Assembly (NCBI GenBank): GCA_046757025.1
Contig: JBHHXN010000002.1
Location: forward strand, 53,000 to 116,999
From: a bacterium
Lineage (GTDB): Bacteria > Zhuqueibacterota > Zhuqueibacteria > Oceanimicrobiales > Oceanimicrobiaceae
DNA: 64,000 nt
Reading direction: 5' to 3'
The notes beneath the pieces were generated by a model. That model did no database searches. It was not told the origin of the DNA and saw only the letters and a list, made by a program, of their open reading frames with translations. Every line of letters begins with the position of its first letter. Within the stretch, counting starts at the first letter, position 1. The position numbers and the translations under genes are program-made. This document shows, piece after piece, positions 1-10,206 of the stretch.

Positions 1-116
1 CCATAGAGGAAGCGCTTAAACTGGTTATTTCTGGTGGCGCCATCGTGCCCATTGAATCAAAAAACCTCAAAACGACCGTGCAGTCAAAAGAAGAAGCATC
101 CAAAATATCGCAGTAA
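1..116 (+). CDS. 3' end of a probable DUF502-family membrane protein (truncated by window start)
   Basis: Frame from nt 3 reads IEEALKLVISGGAIVP...SQ* (TAA 114-116). EEALKLVISGG resembles the conserved DUF502 C-terminal motif. Not in ORF track. Confidence 0.6.
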   Translation, partial: IEEALKLVISGGAIVPIESKNLKTTVQSKEEASKISQ

Positions 117-117
117 G

Positions 118-2031
118 TTGAATGAGTTAATTCAATTTAAGATACTGAGTTGCAGCAACTCACGTAAAATTTTATGCACTTTTTTGATATTATCTTTCGC
201 ACCCGAATTAGCATTAAATCAAATCAGGCAACCTGAGCAATTTGAGCCTAATTCATTAAATTACTCCAATCTCAGCTTTAGTCAGGATCTAAATATTTAT
301 TCTTGGGTATATTCTTTTTATTGTCACAATACTTTGGGAAACAGTTTAGAGTATTACATAAAAGAAGATTTTCGGTCAACCTTGCAAAGCATCGCAGCAA
401 AAGATCATTGGAAGGACAAACAAGATTTTGTTTTAAACCTGACAAAATCATTTAAGAACAATCTCTCACTGACCGCGGATTTTAATTCACATATTTTATC
501 CGACCCCTTGGCGGGTTTTGACAATGATGTGATACATCACTCCGTTTCTGCGTCGATGAAATATCAGCCGAATCAAAAAATCACGATTGCACCTCTGGTT
601 ACGAGTAAATGGCAGACACAACGGGAACAAAGTGACTACGGGTTGGGTTACGGTGTAAATGCAGAGTTGTATGATCTGAACTATCATGGCTACCAAAATA
701 ACCTAACGTTTTACACCGCAAGAGACTTTTTCCCAAAAAGGAAAAACGCAGATATCAAGCTAAGGTACCAAATTAAACGTCAGTTTTACGACGCCACCAT
801 TGACACATTTATCATATATCACGACAAAATCCGCAGAGATACGTTTGATGCGGACACGAACGGGGTGTTTATTCGAAATCTTACTCAAACTTTTAGTGGA
901 ATTGAAAATCACCTAAGTTACAACCTGGCCCCAAACATCATCCTTTATTTAAAAAATTCTATCGCTACCACTTCATTTGAAGTCAGTAAACTCAAATCCC
1001 CAGCGAAAGAAATCAGCAAAGATGACCGAGGCTTTGAATCCAAACACACCGTTAGGCTATCATGGCAAAAACCCAGATGGTATGGAAGTTTTGGTTGGAA
1101 TTTTCGTTCACGCGCTAAGGATGATCGGCGCCCGCAGAAGACCGATCTCGATCCCTTTGGAAACCGCCATCCTTCCTTGGGCTTTGATACCGATGAAGTT
1201 TTAGTCAAATTATTTACTCGCGGTGGTTGGGCTTTTTCAAACAAAGATTCCATTGGGTTTGTGGCATCTGTTTCAAAATTTCAATTTGATACTTCAGACA
1301 CCACCAACCCCAACAATCACGACCAACTTCGATGGCAATTTACAGTTAATTATGCCCATGCATTTGGTTCAGGGTTAAAAATTGAATGGAAGGGTGGAGC
1401 GTTTTTAAACCATTTCGTTTATATTTCAAGCAAGTTCAGCAGTGATAACAACTGGGAACGCGTATTACAATTAACCCCGGTGGTGATTTACCGGCCCCAT
1501 AGCCGTTTTGCATTTCGACAAAGTTTTACCGTTCGCGCAAAATACCAAACCTATGATTTTAATGATAATGCAAACAACACAAGGGATTCCGCGAACAGAC
1601 AATTTATTTTTACCAACAGTACTCGTTATGGCTTCAACTCCGACACCTGGGTGGAGCTGGGATTACACCTGGAATTAGCTGAACAAGGTAGATTGTTTTA
1701 CCGTTTGTGGCGGCAGAGATTAGCGCTCTCCTGGCGAAATCAAGAGCTGCAATTGCTCATCAAACATAAATTGGGGTGGAATTTCTTAATAGCTTTGGGG
1801 GGCAGTTTTTTTCATCAAGTGCGCTGGAATCACAATATCGATTCCCAGGGCAACTTAATAAAAACCGTGCGCGCAAAACACACCAATCTTGGACCGGCAC
1901 TCGAATTATCGTTTAAACCAAATCGTTCATTAGAATTTGTTTTTTGGGGCGACATTCAATTTGTATTGGCGTCACGAAAAAAAACCGAGCAAATCAATAA
2001 TTTTGACGTCAAATTGAATTGGCTCTTTTAA
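118..2031 (+). CDS. Hypothetical outer-membrane beta-barrel protein
   Basis: ORF 34..2031. A more plausible start is the in-frame TTG at 118, right after the upstream stop. Hydrophobic N-terminal stretch, alternating amphipathic beta-strands, C-terminal ...VKLNWLF with terminal Phe (BAM-signal-like). Confidence 0.6.
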   Translation: MNELIQFKILSCSNSRKILCTFLILSFAPELALNQIRQPEQFEPNSLNYSNLSFSQDLNIYSWVYSFYCHNTLGNSLEYYIKEDFRSTLQSIAAKDHWKDKQDFVLNLTKSFKNNLSLTADFNSHILSDPLAGFDNDVIHHSVSASMKYQPNQKITIAPLVTSKWQTQREQSDYGLGYGVNAELYDLNYHGYQNNLTFYTARDFFPKRKNADIKLRYQIKRQFYDATIDTFIIYHDKIRRDTFDADTNGVFIRNLTQTFSGIENHLSYNLAPNIILYLKNSIATTSFEVSKLKSPAKEISKDDRGFESKHTVRLSWQKPRWYGSFGWNFRSRAKDDRRPQKTDLDPFGNRHPSLGFDTDEVLVKLFTRGGWAFSNKDSIGFVASVSKFQFDTSDTTNPNNHDQLRWQFTVNYAHAFGSGLKIEWKGGAFLNHFVYISSKFSSDNNWERVLQLTPVVIYRPHSRFAFRQSFTVRAKYQTYDFNDNANNTRDSANRQFIFTNSTRYGFNSDTWVELGLHLELAEQGRLFYRLWRQRLALSWRNQELQLLIKHKLGWNFLIALGGSFFHQVRWNHNIDSQGNLIKTVRAKHTNLGPALELSFKPNRSLEFVFWGDIQFVLASRKKTEQINNFDVKLNWLF

Positions 2032-2038
2032 GAAAGGA

Positions 2039-2467
2039 ATGACCGTGGGCGGAAAAAAATCAAAGCAATTAACCATGACCATCCTGAGTAGATTGGAAGA
2101 GATCGAGCAGGTTGAAAGACTTGCTGAAAAAGCCGCCGATAAAATGCAATTTGATGAAGAAGAAAAAGACAGCCTGGCAATTGCAGTTACCGAAGCTGTC
2201 AATAATGCCATCATTCATGGTAACAAACAAAATAAAAAAAAGAAAGTCCATATTAAATTTACCTTCCAAAAGAAAAAATTGATCGTAACCATCAAAGATG
2301 AAGGCGAGGGATTCAATCCAGAAAAACTCAGCGATCCCCTGGCACCAGAAAACTTGTTAAAGGAAAGCGGGCGCGGAATTTTTATTTTATCGACTTTAAT
2401 GGATGATGTCAAATTCAAATTTAACAAAGACGGTACAGAAATCAGCATGTTTAAAGAAAAAAAATAA
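2039..2467 (+). CDS. RsbW/SpoIIAB-like anti-sigma factor / Ser kinase (HATPase_c_2)
   Basis: AVTEAVNNAIIHGN (N-box), IKDEGEGF (G1), ESGRGIFIL (G2); AAGGA RBS. Confidence 0.9.
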   Translation: MTVGGKKSKQLTMTILSRLEEIEQVERLAEKAADKMQFDEEEKDSLAIAVTEAVNNAIIHGNKQNKKKKVHIKFTFQKKKLIVTIKDEGEGFNPEKLSDPLAPENLLKESGRGIFILSTLMDDVKFKFNKDGTEISMFKEKK

Positions 2468-2498
2468 CCGGTCTAAAAAATTTTTTAATGTGAGCTCG

Positions 2499-2584
2499 AA
2501 GTCGTAGGGGCGCTGATTTTTTCAATCGGCTGAGACCGGTCCCTTTGAACCTGATCCAGGTAATTCTGGCGTAGGAAATGGCTT
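2499..2584 (+). ncRNA. TPP (THI-box) riboswitch aptamer
   Basis: GGGG...GGCTGAGA...CCCTTTGAACCTGATCCAGGTAATTCTGGCGTAGGAA core; P1 AAGTCGT/ATGGCTT; lies directly upstream of thiC. Confidence 0.95.
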
Positions 2585-2608
2585 AAATTAAAGATGTCAA
2601 TTAATTAT

Positions 2609-2660
2609 AAACCGTATTCATGTTCTCGGAAGCTCGAGCCAGAAGACGGTTTTTTATTTT
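2609..2660 (+). terminator. Riboswitch-controlled intrinsic terminator (expression platform)
   Basis: AAACCGT...ACGGTTT stem enclosing CTCG/CGAG, followed by a T-tract, between the aptamer and the thiC RBS (GGAGG). Confidence 0.75.
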
Positions 2661-2677
2661 AATCATGGAGGTTTTAA

Positions 2678-4093
<1,416 letters not shown>

Positions 4094-4129
4094 CCGGTAC
4101 TCTGCAACAAGACTCACAACAAGTCAGCA

Positions 4130-5161
4130 TCAGGGCCAAGCTGATAAAGGGCTGGAGGTGTTGTTAGGAGGATTTGTTTGCGCGTTTGAAATTTCCGAAT
4201 CCTGCGAGCTAAGCCTGGGAATTTTCAGCTTCTGACCAGGAAATATCAGATTCGGGTTCTTTAATATATCACGATTTGCCTTGAATATTTCACCATATTT
4301 AAGAGCGTCGCCATAATACGCCTTGGCAATCTTAGATAACCAATCGCCCTTTTTTACGGTATAATATTCATAAGCGATATCTTTCGTTTTTGTGGACGAG
4401 GACTCTTTGATTCTTGGCGTACGTTCAATACGCCGGGGGGTAGCTATTTGTTCGTTTAATTTTTTTAACCTGTTTACATCATTCTGAGTTTTACCCGATC
4501 CGGTAGTTAAATCAAAATGATTTTTAACATCCGTCACATCTGGTACAAAAGCGCTGAGATCCGATTCAGGTTTTTCACTTTGAACGTCGTCAGCCTGATT
4601 CTTAAAGAAGGGTTCAGGTTTGGGGGTGGGAATTTCTAGAAATTGAGAGTGACTCACCGGCAATTCGATGGTGGTAAAGGATTTCAGCAATGAAATCGAT
4701 TCGTGCTGTGAATCCGAGCTTTGGTAAGATACATAGCGACCAACGATAAGCGCCTTATAGTTCCCCACTTGCAAATTACTCATCTCAATATTTACTAGCT
4801 CGGTTTCACCTGGAAAAATATGTATCCGGTCACCTTCAAATCTGGTAATGTATTTTCCTGACAGGTCATACAATTCAGCCCACACCAGCGGCCGTTGAAT
4901 AATTTCACCTGCGTTTTTTAGTTTTATTTGTAAAATACTTTTTGAATCTGTAATTTGGAGATTTGAACTTAAAAATTTCACAAAACCCACTCTTCCTCTG
5001 GAATGGGTGGGGTTCTTGATATTCTCAGAAACGCCTTTAGAAAAATTGAATACCTTTTTTTGACTTTTTACCGATTGGCCCGAACTGAATCTGGTTTGCG
5101 TATTCATCCCTAAAAAAAATATCGCAACAATAACCAAAATTGATAAATTATTATTTTTCAT
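4130..5161 (-). CDS. Exported protein with N-terminal Ig-like beta-sandwich, low-complexity linker and C-terminal LysM domain
   Basis: Likely start MKNNNLSILVIVAIFFLG (ATG 5161; the ORF-track start 5311 overlaps the promoter). LysM: YTVKKGDWLSKIAKAYYGD...NPNLIFPGQKLKIP. Confidence 0.8.
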   Translation of the reverse strand: MKNNNLSILVIVAIFFLGMNTQTRFSSGQSVKSQKKVFNFSKGVSENIKNPTHSRGRVGFVKFLSSNLQITDSKSILQIKLKNAGEIIQRPLVWAELYDLSGKYITRFEGDRIHIFPGETELVNIEMSNLQVGNYKALIVGRYVSYQSSDSQHESISLLKSFTTIELPVSHSQFLEIPTPKPEPFFKNQADDVQSEKPESDLSAFVPDVTDVKNHFDLTTGSGKTQNDVNRLKKLNEQIATPRRIERTPRIKESSSTKTKDIAYEYYTVKKGDWLSKIAKAYYGDALKYGEIFKANRDILKNPNLIFPGQKLKIPRLSSQDSEISNAQTNPPNNTSSPLSAWP

Positions 5162-5259
5162 GAAGATATTTAAAATAAAATTCGTCCGGTTTTGCGACAA
5201 ATGCTTTTGAGGAAATCGATGTGTTTCCATCCTGTCAATTTCATGCAACAACCTTAATT

Positions 5260-5276
5260 TGCAATTTACATGCCAA
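5260..5276 (-). promoter_or_regulatory. Sigma-54 (-24/-12) promoter for the LysM gene
   Basis: Minus strand TTGGCATGTAAATTGCA has exact GG-N10-GC spacing, about 100 nt upstream of the ATG. Confidence 0.75.
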
Positions 5277-5360
5277 GGAACGCAATACTTCAATTTGAAC
5301 CAATCAGGCATGTTTTGGGTTTGTAAATTCCAGCTCTTGCCTTCTTTTATTCAAGTAAAC

Positions 5361-5396
5361 TGGTCAAATATTGACCATCTGTTTATAATTTGAACA
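5361..5396. promoter_or_regulatory. Tandem 17-bp palindromes, putative enhancer-binding-protein sites (UAS)
   Basis: TGGTCAAATATTGACCA (5361-5377) and TGTTTATAATTTGAACA (5380-5396), about 85-120 bp upstream of the -24 element. Confidence 0.6.
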
Positions 5397-5786
5397 GATC
5401 CTAATCCTGCTTAAATAATCGGAACATATTCACTGCACTTGAATTGAGGCTGTTGCAGAAAGTCAATTTTCTCCACCAAAACTGAAGGGCAGATTATGAT
5501 TCCGCAGACAAAAGGCTTCTCGAAAAACGCTGAGCGGTTCCATCCTCCAAAAATATTTATTCCGTAATTTTAATCTAAAGGATGAGAAAATTAAAAAAAA
5601 CAGGGCCTGTTACTGGTTGGAATTAAATGAAGAAGTAAATGCATACACCCCCAAATTAACCCGCTGAATGAAAGTGCCGCCTAGTCGATTTTGTGGGAAA
5701 AAGGAATGCCGATCAATTCACATGCAAGCACGAATTAAGAAAATCGACCATCCTCAATGTGTTCTTATCTGCAATGGCTTATTATC

Positions 5787-8051
5787 TTATTTTGCAAACT
5801 CTCTCATAAAATTTAACATTTCATCGATACGGGTTGTAGGAGCTTTACAGGCATAATTCTGACAAACATAGGCCGTGGCTTTGCCGTTTTGAGTACTTTG
5901 ATTTTCCGTAAACGGCGCTATTTCGACGATTGGTGGTTTGTTAACTTCCACCGGTCGAAAAAGAGTCACCTTATTGGGCACGTAAATTTGTTGCAAAGCT
6001 TTTATCATCGCAATACTGTCTTTTTTGTTGGACTTTCCCGCGATCACCACTTCAATCGAAGGGCCAATGGCAAAATCTAAAGCCGTTAAATACTGTGTGT
6101 ATCCGCTCGCAACGCGCGTTATTTGGTTCGAAAAGCACTTTCCGATGGCAGCTGCTTTTGTTTCAAATTCAGGATTTCCGGTAAATCGGCTGATACGCAG
6201 TAAATTGAGTGCCGCAACTGAATTTCCAGAAGGCAGGGCGCCATCATAAATTTCTTTGTTTCGTATGAGCAGCTCTTCTGCGTTCTCAGCCGTGAAAAAC
6301 AATCCGCCCTTTTCATCGTCCCAAAACAGATTCAACATGTTTTCATTCAACAGAGTTGCCCGCCGAAGAAATTTCACCTCGTAAGTAGCTTCATAAAGCT
6401 CCAACAAACCCCACACAAAAAAAGCGTAATCATCAACGTGTGCTTGAAGCCCGGATTCACCCTGTCGATGCCTTTTCATTAAAAGACCCTCTTCATCTCG
6501 TAATTGCTCCCAAATGAAGTCCGCAGCCCGGCTGGCTGCTTGTGCATATTGGGGTTCATCCAGCACGGCTGCTCCCTTTGCCAAAGCCGCTATCATCAGG
6601 CCATTCCAATCGGTTAAAATTTTATCGTCTTTCAACGGATGAATTCGCTTTTCTCTAAATTTGAAAAGCTTCTGTCGAACATCCTTCCAAATTGCATGCA
6701 ACTCATCATATTGGAAGCCCGCTTGCTCTGCCAACACAGTCAAAGGCTGCTCAAGGTGCAAAATGTTTTTGCCGGTTTTTTGACCGCTGGCCTGATCCAG
6801 AAAATTGCCTGCGTCCTCCACATTAAAAAGTTTGATGATTAAACTACCTTTTTCCTCTCCTACAATGTCTTTTATTTCTTGTGGACTCCACAAGTAAAAC
6901 AATCCTTCTTCACCTTCACTGTCCGCATCTTCCGCGGAATAAAAACCCCCTTCAGGAGCCGTCATGTCTCTAAGAACATAAGTAAATATTTCCCGAGCGG
7001 TTTCGGCGTATTCATTCTTCCGCGTTACTTGAAAGGTTTCTAAATAGGCGATAGCCATCATGGCTTGATCATAAAGCATTTTTTCGAAATGCGGAAGCAT
7101 CCATTGAACATCGGTAGAATAGCGATGAAAACCGAATCCAACATGGTCAAAAATTCCACCAAGCCGCAACCGCTGCAACGTTTTCTCGACCATTTTAATT
7201 GCTTGATCATTTCCCGTGCGGTGGAAGTAACGCAGTAAAAAAGTGAAATTGTGTGGCGAAGGAAATTTGGGTGCAGAACCAAATCCTCCATGCTTTTCGT
7301 CAAATTTGTTGAGCAATTGATTAAATGCGCTGTGTAAAACATCTTCAGAAAGTTCTTCCCCTGGTTGCACGGAGATAGATTTTTGAAGATAGTCCACGAT
7401 TTGCGTTGAGCTTTCAATGATTTTTTCACGTTGCGTTTTCCACAGCTCTGAGATTTTGGGCACGAGATCCATCATGCCAATTTGCTGGTAGCGGCTAATT
7501 TTGGGGAAATACGTGCCAGCAAAAAAGGGCCGCTTCTCTGGCGTCATGATAATCGTCAACGGCCAACCCCCTCTTTGTGTCAAGGCCTGGCAAACCGCCA
7601 TGTAAATTTGATCGATATCGGGTCGCTCCTCCCTGTCAACCTTAATACATACAAACGCCTCATTCATCACTCGCGCCACCGCCGTGTCTTGAAACGATTC
7701 GTGTTCCATGACGTGGCACCAATGACAGGTTGAATAACCAATGGAGAGAAAAATAGGCTTGTCTTCTTTCCGCGCTTTTGCAAAAGCCTCTTCACCCCAG
7801 GGATACCAATTCACCGGATTGCCAGCGTGTTGAAGTAAATAGGGGCTTTTTTCGAAAATCAAGCGATTATAGTCCGGGCCACCGTCAGCGGGCAGCTTTT
7901 TAATTTCTTCCTGAGAGGGTAACGGTTTACGCCCGGCCGATTCCTCTGCACCCTCACTAGACTGCCTCAATTTATCTGAAAATTGCATAATAAGCATCAC
8001 CAGTAAAATTAAAAAAATCAAATAGGTCGCAGAATTTTTATTTACTTTCAT
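5787..8051 (-). CDS. YyaL/SPATA20-like thioredoxin-domain (DUF255) plus alpha/alpha-barrel protein, with N-terminal membrane anchor
   Basis: [57 protein letters not shown]. Likely start MKVNKNS at 8051. Confidence 0.9.
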   Translation of the reverse strand: MKVNKNSATYLIFLILLVMLIMQFSDKLRQSSEGAEESAGRKPLPSQEEIKKLPADGGPDYNRLIFEKSPYLLQHAGNPVNWYPWGEEAFAKARKEDKPIFLSIGYSTCHWCHVMEHESFQDTAVARVMNEAFVCIKVDREERPDIDQIYMAVCQALTQRGGWPLTIIMTPEKRPFFAGTYFPKISRYQQIGMMDLVPKISELWKTQREKIIESSTQIVDYLQKSISVQPGEELSEDVLHSAFNQLLNKFDEKHGGFGSAPKFPSPHNFTFLLRYFHRTGNDQAIKMVEKTLQRLRLGGIFDHVGFGFHRYSTDVQWMLPHFEKMLYDQAMMAIAYLETFQVTRKNEYAETAREIFTYVLRDMTAPEGGFYSAEDADSEGEEGLFYLWSPQEIKDIVGEEKGSLIIKLFNVEDAGNFLDQASGQKTGKNILHLEQPLTVLAEQAGFQYDELHAIWKDVRQKLFKFREKRIHPLKDDKILTDWNGLMIAALAKGAAVLDEPQYAQAASRAADFIWEQLRDEEGLLMKRHRQGESGLQAHVDDYAFFVWGLLELYEATYEVKFLRRATLLNENMLNLFWDDEKGGLFFTAENAEELLIRNKEIYDGALPSGNSVAALNLLRISRFTGNPEFETKAAAIGKCFSNQITRVASGYTQYLTALDFAIGPSIEVVIAGKSNKKDSIAMIKALQQIYVPNKVTLFRPVEVNKPPIVEIAPFTENQSTQNGKATAYVCQNYACKAPTTRIDEMLNFMREFAK

Positions 8052-8296
8052 TATTTGTACTTCTTTCTGAAAACAACTAATAAATAATGGACGATAGTAA
8101 TTTAGCGCATGGAGGTTGGTTTGTGAATACGTTTCCGCGCCTTTCACTAAACATTGTTTTATTAATTAATATGCCAACTATTTCAATTTTTTTTGGAGGA
8201 ACAGGAGAACAGTTGGAAAAATGCACTATCGCCTTTTAGATTTGTCAGCGGAAAAAATAACCGGGACTTTAATTCGATGCTGAAAAGCTCTGGTTA

Positions 8297-9361
8297 TTAT
8301 ATACGGTAATTTTTAAATCCCCAGAGGAGCTCTTTCGCAGTGACTTTTATGATACTGGCGGTTGGCACAGCCAGCAACATTCCAAAAATTCCCAACAATT
8401 GGCCACCTATTAAAATTGCAATGATAATCGTCAGCGGATGCAATTCCACGCTTTTAGAAACGATGACTGGGGAAACAAAAATGTTCTCAAATAATTGAAT
8501 TCCCGCAAAAGCCACGATAACCACGACCACAGCACCGAAAGAGCCGGTATCGATTAAGGCTATGACGATTGCCGGAACAGCCCCCACTATCGGGCCAAAA
8601 TACGGTATCATATTCGCCAGGCCGGCGATGGAGCCGATAAAGAAAAAGTAACGAATATTTAACAGGTAAAGGGCCAGAATACTCAAGGTGCCCACAATTG
8701 CTGCAACCAGTAATTGCCCGCGGATATAGCGACCCAGTTGCGTACTCGTTTTGTGCAAGATGAGTAACGTCATTTCAAAATATCGATTCGGTACCCAGCT
8801 CACCAGGGTCTTTTTCATGCGACGGCCATCTTTCAAAAAGAAAAAGGTGATAAAAGCCAACATGATGAGCGAGATTATTGTTGAAAATACACCGATTACA
8901 ATATTAAATCCTTTTTTCATCAAAGAATCGACTATGGATTGCAGCTCCTTTTGAATCATGGGGCTTTTTAACACCGGAAGTTTATCCCCCAATTTTTCCT
9001 TTAGTTGCTGAATCACCTGTCCGGGGGATTGCTCTCTCAAGCCAGAGCTAATTTGATGAACCTCATTCATCACGATTGGAGCAAGAAACTCAATGACCAG
9101 GAGCGTCATTAACACAATAATTCCGAAAACGATAATGACCGCCACCAAACGATCCAAGCCTTGATTTTCAATAAAATTTACTACCGGGTCAAAAAGAAAT
9201 GCCAAAAACAGGGCGATAATTACGATGGTGACGACCGATTTTATGAGAGGAAGTATGGCCAAAAAGGCAAGCACTGCTATTAAGGCAAAGCCCCATTTTG
9301 CCATTTTTTTGAGCACTTGCTTGTTGACACTTACGGATAGAATTTCAGGAGAGGAAGGCAT
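8297..9361 (-). CDS. AI-2E family transporter (PerM/TqsA-like)
   Basis: FLFDPVVNFIE, YIRGQLL, IPYFGP, LHPLTIIIAILIGG..GIFGMLLAVP; multiple TM helices. Confidence 0.92.
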   Translation of the reverse strand: MPSSPEILSVSVNKQVLKKMAKWGFALIAVLAFLAILPLIKSVVTIVIIALFLAFLFDPVVNFIENQGLDRLVAVIIVFGIIVLMTLLVIEFLAPIVMNEVHQISSGLREQSPGQVIQQLKEKLGDKLPVLKSPMIQKELQSIVDSLMKKGFNIVIGVFSTIISLIMLAFITFFFLKDGRRMKKTLVSWVPNRYFEMTLLILHKTSTQLGRYIRGQLLVAAIVGTLSILALYLLNIRYFFFIGSIAGLANMIPYFGPIVGAVPAIVIALIDTGSFGAVVVVIVAFAGIQLFENIFVSPVIVSKSVELHPLTIIIAILIGGQLLGIFGMLLAVPTASIIKVTAKELLWGFKNYRI

Positions 9362-9364
9362 GGT

Positions 9365-9940
9365 TCAGGTGATCATTTTAGAGTTTTCAACTTTCGCCCA
9401 CAGTGCTTGCAGTTCTTCGTTGGTGTGTTTTAATCTTTCACCGATCGTCCGAGCAAGTTGAAACAGAAATTTATTGCCCAAGCGGGGCTTGCGATCGATC
9501 AGTCCCATGAGGTCGGGACGAAAGAGGCCGAGAATTTTGGTTTCTTCCAGTGCTATGGCAGTGGCAGACCGAGGCGATTCATCCAGCAAAGCGAGCTCGC
9601 CAAAAAACTCCCCCCGCTTTAGTTTAGCCAATTCTTCTTTTTCCTGTTCATTCACATTTTTAAAGATGGCAACAGAACCATCCTCCACAATATACATACC
9701 CACTCCGGGCTCACTCTCCCAAAAAATGGTTTCATTTTCTTTGAATTTTCTTCGATGAATAATTTTCACAAACTCTTTTAAATTTGCCTTGCTTGTGCCG
9801 TGGAAAAGAGGCACCTGACGGAGGATAGCGATTACGGTCTCTTGACGACTTTTATCATTTTTAAAAATGTTGCGCCAAAGCGCATCCCCGACTTGAAACT
9901 TTGATACAGACGACGGTTTTTTCTTATTTTTCACATTCAT
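9365..9940 (-). CDS. Stand-alone cyclic-nucleotide-binding domain protein (no HTH)
   Basis: LRQVPLF, GMYIVEDGSV, GEFFGELALLDESPRSATA phosphate-binding cassette. Confidence 0.9.
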   Translation of the reverse strand: MNVKNKKKPSSVSKFQVGDALWRNIFKNDKSRQETVIAILRQVPLFHGTSKANLKEFVKIIHRRKFKENETIFWESEPGVGMYIVEDGSVAIFKNVNEQEKEELAKLKRGEFFGELALLDESPRSATAIALEETKILGLFRPDLMGLIDRKPRLGNKFLFQLARTIGERLKHTNEELQALWAKVENSKMIT

Positions 9941-9972
9941 TTTAAGTTCAATATCTTAATTTTATATTCTAA

Positions 9973-10114
9973 TATGAATGCCCAGTTGAAAATCTGTTTT
10001 AAATGATAATGATAAAGTCATCATGGTTTTCCGAATTTACTTCGGGCTCACCATGAAAACAGACGCATCCGTTTGATCAGAGTAGAAGTTTATTTTTTCA
10101 ACGGCTTATTCATA
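9973..10114. repeat. ~140-bp inverted-repeat-bounded element (MITE/REP-like) with nested stems
   Basis: Ends TATGAATGCCCAGTTGAAAA / TTTTCAACGGCTTATTCATA (16/20 complementary); inner TCTGTTTT/AAAACAGA and TCATGGT..CCGAA-TTTAC-TTCGG..ACCATGA stems. Confidence 0.5.
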
Positions 10115-10119
10115 ATTCT

Positions 10120-10148
10120 AAGATAATTAAATGCCGATCAGAAATCAA
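10120..10148 (-). promoter_or_regulatory. Putative sigma-70 promoter for the cNMP/AI-2E operon
   Basis: Minus strand TTGATT-17nt-TATCTT. Confidence 0.45.
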
Positions 10149-10206
10149 GTCAGAGTCTGTTCATCTTAAGAAAATTGTTTGAAACGGGCATTGTTAAAAA
10201 TATCGC

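Noticed and set aside
34..117. ORF-track N-terminal extensions (34, 5311, 8147, 43849, 28231)
   Set aside because: They overlap neighbouring genes, promoters or parS; downstream starts fit signal peptides or RBS better.
8161..8177. TTGGCATATTAATTAAT upstream of the DUF255 gene as a sigma-54 promoter
   Set aside because: The -24 element is good but the -12 position reads TTAA rather than TTGC.
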